DNA of 64,000 bases from Corallococcus sp. (GTDB lineage: Bacteria > Bacillota > Clostridia > Christensenellales > CAG-314): contig JAMPHX010000001.1 in the NCBI GenBank assembly GCA_023663205.1, positions 7-64,006 of the forward strand, given 5' to 3'. How positions within the stretch are numbered: position 1 is the stretch's first letter; each line of letters opens with the position of its first letter. The translations under genes and the position numbers were made by a program. Positions 39,263 through 49,759 of this stretch are shown piece by piece. The notes below the pieces were generated by a model. That model was not told the DNA's origin and searched no databases. It saw only the letters and a list, made by a program, of their open reading frames with translations.

Positions 39263-40789
39263 TTACAGCAACGGAGTCAACGCCATTGCAACCATACAAA
39301 AAAAACGCCAAAATTTGTTGAGTTTGCACTTGGTTTGCAGTTCGCAGTGATTCATAAGCAAATCCAAGTCGGCTTTGAGCGTTTTGAGAGCGTTTGTTTT
39401 GTACATCCACACTCCGCATTCGTAGTGGTGTATCAAACTGCGATAGTCCATGTTCATTGTGCCTACTATTCCCACGTTGTCATCTGCTATTATGCTTTTG
39501 GCGTGTACAAACCCTTCGGTAAATTCGTATACTTTTACGCCCGCTTCCATAAGAGCGATGTAATTGTACCGCGTAATTTTAAACACCAACTTTTTGTCGG
39601 GAATTTGCGGAGTGATTATCCGTACGTCTACTCCGCGCCTTGCCGCGCGTATTATTGCCGAACGCAGCAGGTCGTCTATTATCAGATACGGCGTTGTAAT
39701 GTACAGGTATCTTTGCGATTGGTTTATTATGTTAAGTATCGCTTCTTCGGCAATGGGGTCGTTGTATATCGGGCGCGGTCCGTCGCCGAAAGGATGTACG
39801 TAACCTTCGTCGGGGTATACGTCAAATGTATCGGGAATATACGGCGCAAAGTCCTCTAACTTGTGCGTTTGCATTGCAAACGATTGCAAAAACATCACCG
39901 TAAAACTTTTTACCGCTTCGCCTTGGAGTTTTACAGCCGAGTCCTTCCAATAGCCGAAGGGGTGTGTTTCGTTTATATATTCGTCGGCAAGGTTCATTCC
40001 GCCTATGTATGCGGTCTTGCCGTCTATTACGGTAACTTTGCGGTGATTGCGGTTGTTATGTACCGCTGTTGCAAGGGGCGTAAACTTGTTGAAACGTACG
40101 CAGTTTATGCCTGCTTTGTTCAATTGCTTGTAGTAGTTGGACGGTATTTTGGGCAGGCAGCCTATATCGTCGTACATTACGCGCACTTCTACGCCTTCCG
40201 AAACCTTGCGTTTGAGAATTTCCAAAACGGAATCCCACATTTTGCCCTGTTCTATTATGAAATATTCAACAAATATAAACTTTTCCGCGCGTTTCAGTTC
40301 GGCAAGCAAATCTTTCCAAAATGTTTCGCCGCTTGGGAAATAATCCGTCTTTGTATCGGTAAACAGCGGAAAATACGACGTGTCAAACAGATATCTGCTT
40401 TGTCCTTTGTATTCGGCAAGCCTGCTTTCCAATGTAACCTGAGATTTTTCGTTTTCTTTGAGTATACGGTGGCTTTCGATAAACAGTTGGGCAAAAAACT
40501 TGTACTGCTTCTTTTTTACTTTGTTTTGCGAAAACAATACGTAAAGCATCGTTCCCGTCATAGGAAACAACAAAATAAGAATCATCCAAGGCGTTTTGCC
40601 GTTTGGCGTCATGTCGCGGTTGATAAGGTGAACCAACGCAACTAATGACAGTATTCTGAAAATAATGTTTACTATTTTTCCGAAATATTCCAATACCGTC
40701 ATAGTCAGCAAAATGAATACCAATTGCAGCAATATAAGCAGTACGAAAATGGTAGTTCGTCCGAATAGCATTTTAAAAAACTTTTTCAT
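39263..40789 (-). CDS. cls: Cardiolipin synthase (PLD superfamily)
   Basis: Two HKD motifs (HRKVTVIDGKTAYIGGMN and HAKSIIADDNVGIVGTMN) and two N-terminal TM helices. Confidence 0.9.
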   Translation of the reverse strand: MKKFFKMLFGRTTIFVLLILLQLVFILLTMTVLEYFGKIVNIIFRILSLVALVHLINRDMTPNGKTPWMILILLFPMTGTMLYVLFSQNKVKKKQYKFFAQLFIESHRILKENEKSQVTLESRLAEYKGQSRYLFDTSYFPLFTDTKTDYFPSGETFWKDLLAELKRAEKFIFVEYFIIEQGKMWDSVLEILKRKVSEGVEVRVMYDDIGCLPKIPSNYYKQLNKAGINCVRFNKFTPLATAVHNNRNHRKVTVIDGKTAYIGGMNLADEYINETHPFGYWKDSAVKLQGEAVKSFTVMFLQSFAMQTHKLEDFAPYIPDTFDVYPDEGYVHPFGDGPRPIYNDPIAEEAILNIINQSQRYLYITTPYLIIDDLLRSAIIRAARRGVDVRIITPQIPDKKLVFKITRYNYIALMEAGVKVYEFTEGFVHAKSIIADDNVGIVGTMNMDYRSLIHHYECGVWMYKTNALKTLKADLDLLMNHCELQTKCKLNKFWRFFCMVAMALTPLL

Positions 40790-41207
40790 CTTTCACCGTA
40801 TGTTTACATTATATAACACGCACGTATACGCTGATTTTAAATTATACATTTATTAGCGTGACGAGTTTCATAAAAGTAGTTAGCAATAGATAGCCGTTGT
40901 TGAACGTACTAATCTTGTGTATTTAATTATAGCATACACGCCCTGTCTTGTCGCGCAAATAATCGATTTTTTGCGTAATACGATGTAATAACAGGCAATG
41001 GGCAGTTATTTGTTTCGATTGCTTGTTGTGATTATTATAACACAGGCACAACGGTTTTACACTTGTTTTGGATGCAATTTCAATTGAAATCGCCGAGTTT
41101 TGCGTGTCGGGAAGGCAAAATGTCGGCAATTTATTAAAATATAATATTTATTACAATTAAACCGCTGAAACATTGACAAAAAAACGTACAACATTTATCA
41201 TTAAAGA

Positions 41208-42236
41208 ATGAACAAAAACGGAGAAATCTTGATATTGGGCGTGGAGAGTTCCTGCGACGAAACGGCGTGTGCGGTAGTTACCGACGGCAGAAAAGTTTTG
41301 TCCGATGTTGTACTGTCGCAAATAGACATTCACGCGCTGTACGGCGGCGTCGTTCCCGAAATAGCGGGACGCAACCACGTCGAAGCAATTTCCGCAGTTG
41401 CAAGTAAGGCGCTTGCCGACGCAAACGTAACTCTTTCGCAAATAGACGCCGTGGCGGTAACCTACGGCGCGGGGCTTGTGGGCGCGCTTCTTGTAGGCGT
41501 TTCCTTTGCCAAGGGGCTTTGCCAAGCAAGCGGATTGCCGCTTATTGCGGTAAATCACATTGAGGGACACATCTGCGCAAACTATCTTACGCACGCCGAT
41601 TTGCAGCCGCCGTATGTTTGCCTTCTTACCAGCGGCGGAAATACCGCGATAGTGCGAGTCGATTCCTACGACAGTTACAAAGTGCTTGCGGCAACCGTCG
41701 ACGACGCCGCGGGCGAAGCCTTCGATAAGATTGCGCGCGTACTCGGTTTGCCGTATCCGGGCGGACCTCGCGTCGATATGCTTGCGCAAAAGGGCAATGC
41801 CGTATATCCGTTTCATACCGTCAAACTCGCAAACGGCAATTTCAGTTACAGCGGGCTCAAAACGGCGGTAATCAATCTTGTACACAACGCTGCCCAGCGC
41901 GGCGAAACAATTTGCAAAGAGGACGTCTGCGCAAGTTTTACGCGAGCGGCAATTGACGGTCTTGTGGACAGGGCGGCGGAAGAACTCAAAAAAAGCGGAC
42001 TTTCTTCGCTTGCAATAGCGGGCGGAGTTGCCGCCAACAGTTACCTTCGCAGTCGTGTGGAACAACTGAGGCAGCATGGAGTAAAGGTATATATGCCGCA
42101 ATTGAAACTTTGCGGCGATAACGCGGCAATGATTGCTTCGCGCGGATACTTTCAATATCTAAACGGCGATTTTGCCGATTTGAGTCTAAATGCAGAGCCG
42201 TCGCTCAAACTGCGCGGAGATAAGCCGCACAGATAG
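41208..42236 (+). CDS. tsaD: tRNA N6-adenosine threonylcarbamoyltransferase
   Basis: GVESSCDETA, NHIEGH and GGVAAN motifs of the Kae1/TsaD family. Confidence 0.9.
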   Translation: MNKNGEILILGVESSCDETACAVVTDGRKVLSDVVLSQIDIHALYGGVVPEIAGRNHVEAISAVASKALADANVTLSQIDAVAVTYGAGLVGALLVGVSFAKGLCQASGLPLIAVNHIEGHICANYLTHADLQPPYVCLLTSGGNTAIVRVDSYDSYKVLAATVDDAAGEAFDKIARVLGLPYPGGPRVDMLAQKGNAVYPFHTVKLANGNFSYSGLKTAVINLVHNAAQRGETICKEDVCASFTRAAIDGLVDRAAEELKKSGLSSLAIAGGVAANSYLRSRVEQLRQHGVKVYMPQLKLCGDNAAMIASRGYFQYLNGDFADLSLNAEPSLKLRGDKPHR

Positions 42237-42339
42237 CGGCAACAAAACATACGCCTGTCGAAATAAAATGCGCGTTCCAAAGGTTATTTTACTTTGGGGC
42301 ATAGTTCCAAAGGCATTTCGACAGAGGGGGGGAGGGAAA

Positions 42340-44778
42340 ATGAAAAAAGAAAAAACGCCTGTCGAGCGCATCGAAACATCCAAAGGCGGATTGACGTCCG
42401 CGCAGGTTGCCGAACGCACGGCGGCAGGTCATACCAACTACGTCAAAAAGGTTGTTGGCAAATCGTATCTGTCGATATTTGTTTCCAATATTTGTACCTT
42501 TTTCAATTTGCTGGGTATACTGATATTCATTTTGATGCTGTTTTGCGGAAGCGTGGAAAATATGATGTTTTTCGTTATAATCTGCGCAAATACCGCAATA
42601 GGAATTTTTCAGGAAATCCGCTCCAAAAGAGCGGTGGAAAAACTTTCGCTTGTGCAGGAACCGTCGCTGACGGTTGTGCGCGACGGAGTAGAAGCGGAAA
42701 TTAAATCGCGCGATTTGGTAATAGACGACGTAGTGTTATACCAAACGGGCAAGCAAATATGCGCCGACTCAATAGTAATAGAGGGCGAAGCGGAAGTTAA
42801 CGAAGCCCTTTTGACGGGGGAAAGCGATTCCGTCAAAAAGAAGGCGGGCGACAAATTGTTTTCCGGTTCGTACGTCGTTTCGGGCAGTTGCTATGCGCGC
42901 TGCGACAAGGTGGGCGAAGATAACTACGTCGAACAACTTTCGGCAAAAGTCAAAAAGTTCAAAAAACCCAACTCTCAACTTATGAAAGGCATTACGTCGA
43001 TAATAAGAGTAATAAGTTGGATTATATTTCCCTTGGGGCTTGCTACGTTTTTGACGGGAGGCGCGCTTGCAGACGGCAAGTTTGCTCCGATAGAGCAGGT
43101 TCAGGGCGCGCTCAAAGTCGCGGCGGGCTCCATGATAGGTATGGTTCCCAGCGGAATGGTACTTTTGACAAGCGTCGCTCTTGCCGTTTCGGTAATACGT
43201 CTTGTCAAAAAACACGTCCTCGTGCGCGAGTTGTACTGCATAGAAATGCTTTCGCGCGTGGACACGCTGTGTCTTGACAAAACAGGCACCATCACCGACG
43301 GCACAATGACCGTAGAAGAAGTTATACCTCTCAAAGATAATTTGAATATAGCGCAATTGATATCTTCAACAATTGCCGCAACTAAGGACGACAATATGAC
43401 GGCGGTTGCGCTCAAAAACAAATTCGGAGAGGACGATGTAATACCGGCAATTGTGGCGCTGCCATTCTCGTCCAAACGCAAGTTTTCCGCGGCAACGCTT
43501 ACGGGCGGCAAAACCGTCGCGATAGGCGCGGCGGAATTTATGACCAAAAATATTCCAGCGGCGTATTCCCAAAAGGCGGACGCGCTTTTGCGGAAGGGGC
43601 TCAGAGTTCTCGCCGTTGCGCTTTCCGACAAACCGATAGAAAACGACGCAGTGGAAAACCTCGAAATAGTCGCCATTGTCGCGCTTTCCGATACCGTCAG
43701 AAGCGACGCGGCGGAAATAATCGGTTGGTTCAAAAACAACAACGTCGCAGTAAAGGTTATTTCGGGCGACAATCCGCTTTCCGTTTCGGTAATAGCGGCA
43801 AAGGTCGGCGTGGAAAATGCCGACAAATACATTTCGCTTGACGGACTTACCGACGAGGAAGTGGAAAAGGCAGCCGCCGAGTACACGGTATTCGGCAGGG
43901 TTTCGCCCGAGCAAAAGGCGCTTCTCGTCAGGTCTATGAAGGCGGCGGGTATGACGGTTGCAATGACGGGCGACGGCGTCAACGATATACTTGCCATGAA
44001 GGAAAGCGACTGCGCAATTACAGTCGGCTGCGGAAGCGACGCGGCAAAGAGCGTTGCGCAACTTGTGCTTACCGACAACCAATTCGGTTCCATGCCAAAG
44101 GTAGTGGCGGAAGGCAGACGGGTTGTCAACAACATACAAAACAGCAGTTCGCTGTTCTTGATGAAAACGTCCATGACGGTGTTTACAACGCTGCTTGTGC
44201 TATGTATTCCGGGGTATGCGTATCCCTTCCAGCCGCAGCACCTGTATGCAATGGAGTTTTTTGTAATAGGCATAGCCTCCTTCCTGCTTGCATTGAAGCC
44301 CAACACAAACCTTATCAAAGGAAACTTTGTGACCAATACTCTCAAAAGCACGCTTCCGAGCGGAATAGCGATGTTTTTGTCGGTGGCAATGACGTACGCA
44401 TTTATGAACGTACTCGGCATACAAAATAATCCCGATGAGATAAGCACCGTGGCAATGTTCTCAATGACGGCAACGGGCGTTTTGGCGCTGTTGATACTGC
44501 TGTTTCCCTACGACAAGATAAATGCCGCAATTGGCGCGCTGTCGGTAGTTGGTACGGTTGCCTGCTACTTTGTGTTCCCGTGGGCGCTGGGGTTGCTAAA
44601 CCAAATACTCGGCAAGGGCGAACCCGACCCGATGTTTGTAGCAATACCTGATAATTGCATATGGTTTATTGCAATCAACGCATTGGTAATGGCTGCAATA
44701 ATAATCTGCGGCAAGTTGGTAATGAGGTACATCGAAAAGAAAAAGGAAGCAAAAACAATTGCGGAGGAAACAAAATGA
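42340..44778 (+). CDS. Cation-translocating P-type ATPase
   Basis: TGES, the phosphorylation site DKTGTIT, and TGDGVNDILAMK. About 10 TM helices. Start at MKKEKTPVE, preceded by a GGGGGGGAGGG SD. Confidence 0.9.
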   Translation: MKKEKTPVERIETSKGGLTSAQVAERTAAGHTNYVKKVVGKSYLSIFVSNICTFFNLLGILIFILMLFCGSVENMMFFVIICANTAIGIFQEIRSKRAVEKLSLVQEPSLTVVRDGVEAEIKSRDLVIDDVVLYQTGKQICADSIVIEGEAEVNEALLTGESDSVKKKAGDKLFSGSYVVSGSCYARCDKVGEDNYVEQLSAKVKKFKKPNSQLMKGITSIIRVISWIIFPLGLATFLTGGALADGKFAPIEQVQGALKVAAGSMIGMVPSGMVLLTSVALAVSVIRLVKKHVLVRELYCIEMLSRVDTLCLDKTGTITDGTMTVEEVIPLKDNLNIAQLISSTIAATKDDNMTAVALKNKFGEDDVIPAIVALPFSSKRKFSAATLTGGKTVAIGAAEFMTKNIPAAYSQKADALLRKGLRVLAVALSDKPIENDAVENLEIVAIVALSDTVRSDAAEIIGWFKNNNVAVKVISGDNPLSVSVIAAKVGVENADKYISLDGLTDEEVEKAAAEYTVFGRVSPEQKALLVRSMKAAGMTVAMTGDGVNDILAMKESDCAITVGCGSDAAKSVAQLVLTDNQFGSMPKVVAEGRRVVNNIQNSSSLFLMKTSMTVFTTLLVLCIPGYAYPFQPQHLYAMEFFVIGIASFLLALKPNTNLIKGNFVTNTLKSTLPSGIAMFLSVAMTYAFMNVLGIQNNPDEISTVAMFSMTATGVLALLILLFPYDKINAAIGALSVVGTVACYFVFPWALGLLNQILGKGEPDPMFVAIPDNCIWFIAINALVMAAIIICGKLVMRYIEKKKEAKTIAEETK

Positions 44779-46283
44779 CGCTAAGCAAAGCACTGGAAAT
44801 ATACAAGGCACAACGCAAAAAACTTATTGCTATGAATTACGTCGGGTTTTTGACGGAGTGGGATATGCAGACGGAAATGACTGCCGGCAGTGTGGAAAAC
44901 GCCGCCGCACAGCAAGCCGTGCTTGCCGAAATGACGTATGAACTCAACGTCGACGGCAACTTTACCGAAGCGGTAAACTACCTTTACGGACACAAAAACC
45001 AACTTGACGAAGCGCTTGCGCACGAAATAGAAATTTTGAAAAAGGACGTGGAAAATACCGCCAAAATTCCGCGCGAAGAGTATGCCGCGTTTCAGCAACT
45101 TACGGCAGAGGGATATCCGCTGTACGTCGAGGCAAAGAAAACCGGCAACTTCAAAATATTTGAAGATACTCTTACAAAAGTCGTGGAGTACAACCGCAAA
45201 CTGACAAAGTGGCTGCAAACCGACGAACTTCAAGGTTACGACGTTTTGTTGGATATGTACGAACCGTCCTTCAAGCAAAGCGATTACGACAGATTTTTCG
45301 ATGCGTTGAAAACGCGTCTTGTGCCTTTTGTCAAAAAGGTCACAAGCAAAAAACTGCAATTTAACGACGCTTTTACGCGTAAACTTTACCCTGCCGATAA
45401 GCAAAAGGAGTTTTGCGATTACATTCGCGACGTAATGTGTTTCGATAAGTCGCGCGGCTCTATGAAGGAGAGCGAACACCCCTTTACAAGCGGATTCGGT
45501 ACTGACGACGTACGTATAACGGTGCATTACTACGAGGACAATTTAGTTTCGGCAATATTTTCCGCCATTCACGAAACGGGACACGCGCTTTACGAACAGC
45601 AGGTTGACAGAAGTTTAAACGGTACTTTCTGCGATGGCGGCGCAAGTCTCGGACTGCACGAAAGTCAATCACGGTTTTACGAAAATATCATCGGGCGCAG
45701 TCGCGCGTTTTGGCAGGCGCACTTTCCCAAACTCGTCGAAACTTTCCCCGAGCAACTTCAAGGCGTGACGCTCGACGACTTTGTAAAGTACATAAATACC
45801 GCGCAGGTAAGTTTTGTAAGGACGGAAGCCGACGAGTTGACGTATCCGCTTCACGTAATGCTTAGGTACGAAATGGAAAAGAAGTTTGTCGGCGGAAAAC
45901 TCGAAGTAAAGGATTTCCCCGAGTATTGGAACAAGACTTTTGAGGAATACTTCGGCATTACTCCGCCTAACGACACTTTGGGCGTGCTTCAAGACGTCCA
46001 TTGGGCATACGGCAACATAGGTTACTTCCCCACGTACGCTCTTGGTTCTGCAATTTCCGCTCAGTTGTATGCCGCAATGCAAAAGGATTTTGACGTGGAA
46101 GCGTCGCTTGAAATCGGCAACACCGCACAGATAAACGCGTGGCTCAAAGAACACGTACACAAATACGGTTCGAGCAAGTACCCAAAAGAAATTTTGAAAG
46201 CGGCAACGGGCGAGGATTTCAATCCCGATTACTACATAGACTATTTGACGGACAAATACGGCAAACTGTACGGAATCGATTAA
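44775..46283 (+). CDS. M32 (Taq-type) metallocarboxypeptidase
   Basis: HETGHALYE (HExxH), HESQSRFYEN, DVHW and GYFPTYALG. The ATG overlaps the ATPase stop codon (ATGA). Confidence 0.85.
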   Translation: MTLSKALEIYKAQRKKLIAMNYVGFLTEWDMQTEMTAGSVENAAAQQAVLAEMTYELNVDGNFTEAVNYLYGHKNQLDEALAHEIEILKKDVENTAKIPREEYAAFQQLTAEGYPLYVEAKKTGNFKIFEDTLTKVVEYNRKLTKWLQTDELQGYDVLLDMYEPSFKQSDYDRFFDALKTRLVPFVKKVTSKKLQFNDAFTRKLYPADKQKEFCDYIRDVMCFDKSRGSMKESEHPFTSGFGTDDVRITVHYYEDNLVSAIFSAIHETGHALYEQQVDRSLNGTFCDGGASLGLHESQSRFYENIIGRSRAFWQAHFPKLVETFPEQLQGVTLDDFVKYINTAQVSFVRTEADELTYPLHVMLRYEMEKKFVGGKLEVKDFPEYWNKTFEEYFGITPPNDTLGVLQDVHWAYGNIGYFPTYALGSAISAQLYAAMQKDFDVEASLEIGNTAQINAWLKEHVHKYGSSKYPKEILKAATGEDFNPDYYIDYLTDKYGKLYGID

Positions 46284-46398
46284 CGACGGCTGTCGTCTGA
46301 ATAAACGGAAAGTATCCGTTGTTACTGCAACAGGCAAAACGCGGTGTTTTGCGTTGTACTGAGATTACGTTTTGCATACAAAAATATGCGGAGGCTTT

Positions 46399-48102
46399 AT
46401 GGATTTAAGAAACTTTGTGTTGACGCTGAAATACGTTTACGGCGGCAAAAAACATAGTATAAAACTAAACAAAACGGTACTTACGGCAGGATACAAAAAC
46501 GCTCATTTATCTGCAATGTCGACGAGCGGCGAGGATAAACTGTCTGTGCGGCTGTCTGCTCCGCGAACGGTCAAAATGATATCCGCAGAGGCGGCTTTCG
46601 ATTACGAATACCAAGCGGATGAAAAGTTTTTTTCCAACGGATATCAATCTTGGACGACTTCGCGCGAATACGGACGCGGCGACAGACAGTACGGACTGCG
46701 CGGCGTCGGCAAAGTACCCTTCGGCAAAAAGAGAATAAGCGCGTGCGGCGATTATCACTTTACCAAATACGCGCGCAAGTTGTATCACGGATTTACCTAC
46801 GCATATTTGCGTCGCGGAAGAAACTTGACTTTGTTGGGTTCGCTTGACGAACACAGCGGTTTTACGGTATTTTATGCAGATATGAAACGCGGCAAACTTA
46901 CCGTTTCCAAAGACGTCGAAGGTTTGGAATTGGTCGGCGATTACAATTTGTTTGACGTAGCAATCTATTGCGGCGGGTACGATGAAGTTTTTGACAAATA
47001 TTTTGAAGAGTTTCCTCTTAAACATACGGGCAGGGTAGATAGACTTACAGGTTATACTTCGTGGTACAATTATTTTCAAAACATAGACGAAAATATTATT
47101 CTGCGCGATTTGGACGGACTCGATGCTGTTTCGGGAATGACAAATATTTTCCAAATTGACGACGGTTACGAAACGTATATAGGCGATTGGGACGTCGACC
47201 CGGTCAAATTCCCCAACGGGCTCAAAGGCATTGTAGACAAAGTTCACGGCAAAGGTATGCTTGCGGGTTTGTGGGCGGCGCCGTTTTCCGCGCAGTTCAA
47301 GTCAAACGTGGCGGCAAATCACCGCGATTGGCTCATTCGCAAGAAGCGCGGCGGTTTACTGTACGCAGGTATGGCGTGGGGAGGGTTTTACGCGCTCGAT
47401 TTGGAAAAGACGGAAGTAAAAGATTATCTCAAAGCCTTTTTCGACAGAGTTTTTGACGAATGGGGATTCGATATGGTCAAGTTGGATTTTCTGTATTCCG
47501 CCTGTATTATTCCGCGTAACGGCAAAACGCGCGGACAACTTATGTGCGAAGCAATGGAGTTTTTGCGCGAGTGCTGCCGCGACAAAATAATTTTGGGCTG
47601 CGGAGTTCCGCTGGGACCTTCTTTCGGCATTGTGGACGCCTGCCGTGTAAGTTGCGATGCGGAAGTAAGTTTCAAAGACAAATTTTACGTGGATTACACC
47701 AATCAAGAGGTTGTTTCGACGCGCAACGCAATGACAAGCAATATTTTCCGCAGACACCTTGACGGGCGCATTATGGCAAACGACCCCGACGTGTTCTTTT
47801 TGCGCGACGGCGGAATGACTCCCGCAAACTACACATTGCAGCAAAAGCAACTGCTTTCTACAATCAACAAAATGTGCGGCTCGGTGCTGTTTGTTTCCGA
47901 TAATGTCGGCGAGTACGACCAAACCAAACTCAATCTGCTCAAATCGGCATACACGCCGTTTGACGGAAAGGTTACATTTGCGGAATTTGCCGACAAACAT
48001 ACCGTTGCGGTGGAATATCAAACCGACGGCAAAACTTTCCGCTTGACATACGACGTATACAGCGGCGACTACAAAGTGGAAGGCGCAGTGCAGGCGGATT
48101 AA
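46399..48102 (+). CDS. Alpha-galactosidase-like glycoside hydrolase (GH36-type)
   Basis: FQIDDGY...GDW...KFPNGL...GLWAAPF, KLDF and NDPD motifs characteristic of the GH27/36 clan. GGAGG SD before MDLRNF. Confidence 0.65.
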   Translation: MDLRNFVLTLKYVYGGKKHSIKLNKTVLTAGYKNAHLSAMSTSGEDKLSVRLSAPRTVKMISAEAAFDYEYQADEKFFSNGYQSWTTSREYGRGDRQYGLRGVGKVPFGKKRISACGDYHFTKYARKLYHGFTYAYLRRGRNLTLLGSLDEHSGFTVFYADMKRGKLTVSKDVEGLELVGDYNLFDVAIYCGGYDEVFDKYFEEFPLKHTGRVDRLTGYTSWYNYFQNIDENIILRDLDGLDAVSGMTNIFQIDDGYETYIGDWDVDPVKFPNGLKGIVDKVHGKGMLAGLWAAPFSAQFKSNVAANHRDWLIRKKRGGLLYAGMAWGGFYALDLEKTEVKDYLKAFFDRVFDEWGFDMVKLDFLYSACIIPRNGKTRGQLMCEAMEFLRECCRDKIILGCGVPLGPSFGIVDACRVSCDAEVSFKDKFYVDYTNQEVVSTRNAMTSNIFRRHLDGRIMANDPDVFFLRDGGMTPANYTLQQKQLLSTINKMCGSVLFVSDNVGEYDQTKLNLLKSAYTPFDGKVTFAEFADKHTVAVEYQTDGKTFRLTYDVYSGDYKVEGAVQAD

Positions 48103-48169
48103 ATACAAATGCAATGTGCGTTATTGCCGTACCGACGCAAAACTTTGTAAAACACTTTTGAGGAAATAT

Positions 48170-49297
48170 ATGGATTTGCTGATTCCCGCCGCTTTCGGAT
48201 TGGAAGCGGTTGTCAAAAGACAACTTGACAAACTGGGCTACGCCGACGCCAAAGCGCGCAACGGACGCGTGCGCGTATGCAATTGCACTTGGCGCGACGT
48301 TGCTTTGATAAATATGTTTATCCGCAGCGGCGAGCGCGTTTTGATAAATGCCGCCGAATTTGAAGCGGATACCTTTGACAAACTGTACGAAGGCATACGA
48401 AGCGTGGAATGGCGGCACTATCTTGTGCCCGACTCCAAGGTGAAGGTAGTCACCAAGACGGTGCGCAGCAAACTGTTTGCGCACAACGCTGTGCAGAGCA
48501 TCGGCAAAAAGGCGATAGTAGACGCTATGTACTCCGCATTCAAAGTGTCTGCCGACGAAACGGGCGCGGAAACCGTCGTGGAAATAGATTTGACGGACGA
48601 CGTAGCCTCAATCAATCTGGACACGTCCGGCACGGGATTGCACAAACGCGGCTACCGCGACCTTGCCTATTCCGCTCCTCTCAAAGAAACTACCGCCGCC
48701 GCGCTTATCGATTTGTCGTATTACCGCGCGGATAAGCAATTTGCCGATTTGTTTTGCGGAAGCGGCACTTTGCCGATAGAGTGCGCTTTGCGCGAATTAA
48801 ATATCGCCGCGGGAATCAACAGAACTTTTGCTTACGTCAATTGGAAGTGTACTCCCAAAGGAATATACAACGAAGTAATTGAGCAAGCCAAAGACTCTGT
48901 AATTAAACAACCTCTTGAAATACTCGGGAGCGATATTTCGGAAAACGCCGTTTCCATAGCAAAGCACCACGCAAAGCGCGCGGGAGTGGACAAGTACGTA
49001 AAGTTCAGAGTTGCTGCCGCCGAAGATTTTAGGTCGGAATCTTCCTTCGGCGTGGTAATAAGCAATCCGCCCTACGGCGAAAGGCTGGGGGATGACAAAC
49101 AGGCGGTTGAAATTGCCAAAAGTATGGGCAAACTGTACAAAACCCTCGACGAGTGGAATTTTTATTTTATCTCTCCGCTTGACGGATTCGAGCGGTGTTT
49201 CGGCAGACGCGCCGACAAAAAACGTAGGATATTCAATGCGGGTATCGAGTGTACATACTTTTCCTTTTGCGGAAAGCCGCCCAAAGATTTTGACTGA
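48170..49297 (+). CDS. THUMP-domain class I SAM-dependent RNA methyltransferase
   Basis: N-terminal THUMP-like region, SAM motif I (FCGSGTLPIE) and catalytic NPPYGERL. Confidence 0.8.
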   Translation: MDLLIPAAFGLEAVVKRQLDKLGYADAKARNGRVRVCNCTWRDVALINMFIRSGERVLINAAEFEADTFDKLYEGIRSVEWRHYLVPDSKVKVVTKTVRSKLFAHNAVQSIGKKAIVDAMYSAFKVSADETGAETVVEIDLTDDVASINLDTSGTGLHKRGYRDLAYSAPLKETTAAALIDLSYYRADKQFADLFCGSGTLPIECALRELNIAAGINRTFAYVNWKCTPKGIYNEVIEQAKDSVIKQPLEILGSDISENAVSIAKHHAKRAGVDKYVKFRVAAAEDFRSESSFGVVISNPPYGERLGDDKQAVEIAKSMGKLYKTLDEWNFYFISPLDGFERCFGRRADKKRRIFNAGIECTYFSFCGKPPKDFD

Positions 49298-49759
49298 CGG
49301 TGTAAATGAGCCTTTTATAAGTATTAATCGCATTATGCCTGTGCGTATCGGTATTACATAGGTTGGTCGAAAGCGATGACTTAGGTGCAGTACGCGCCAA
49401 ACCGATTGGCTACGGTTCGTTCGGAGTTTCGCCTCGCCTAATAGCGTTTTTTTTGAAATCATCCGTTATTGCAGGCAGAGCAATAGGCATATTTTGCGAT
49501 AAACTACGCATATACACCGAGGCAATCAGACAAGTTTATGCAAACGGCATTGCCGTAAAAACAGTTTTACAAAGCGCACATTTGCGCTTTTTTATTGACA
49601 AAAAAATATTATCTTACAACGGAATTTTTGCGCCGCCGACAAAAGGTCGGTTATTTGGCTTATTACGGCAAAACGGCGCGAGGCGCGTCGGTGTAAATCT
49701 TATCCTTCGATAAATAGTTTATTTTGTGCAAAATGCCGCTTTGCGGCATATATTACTGT

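Noticed and set aside
49363-49713. A 116-aa ORF in the methyltransferase-murC gap.
   Set aside because: It has no SD and an implausible composition, and it contains a terminator-like hairpin. The gap is reported instead as a possible sRNA region.
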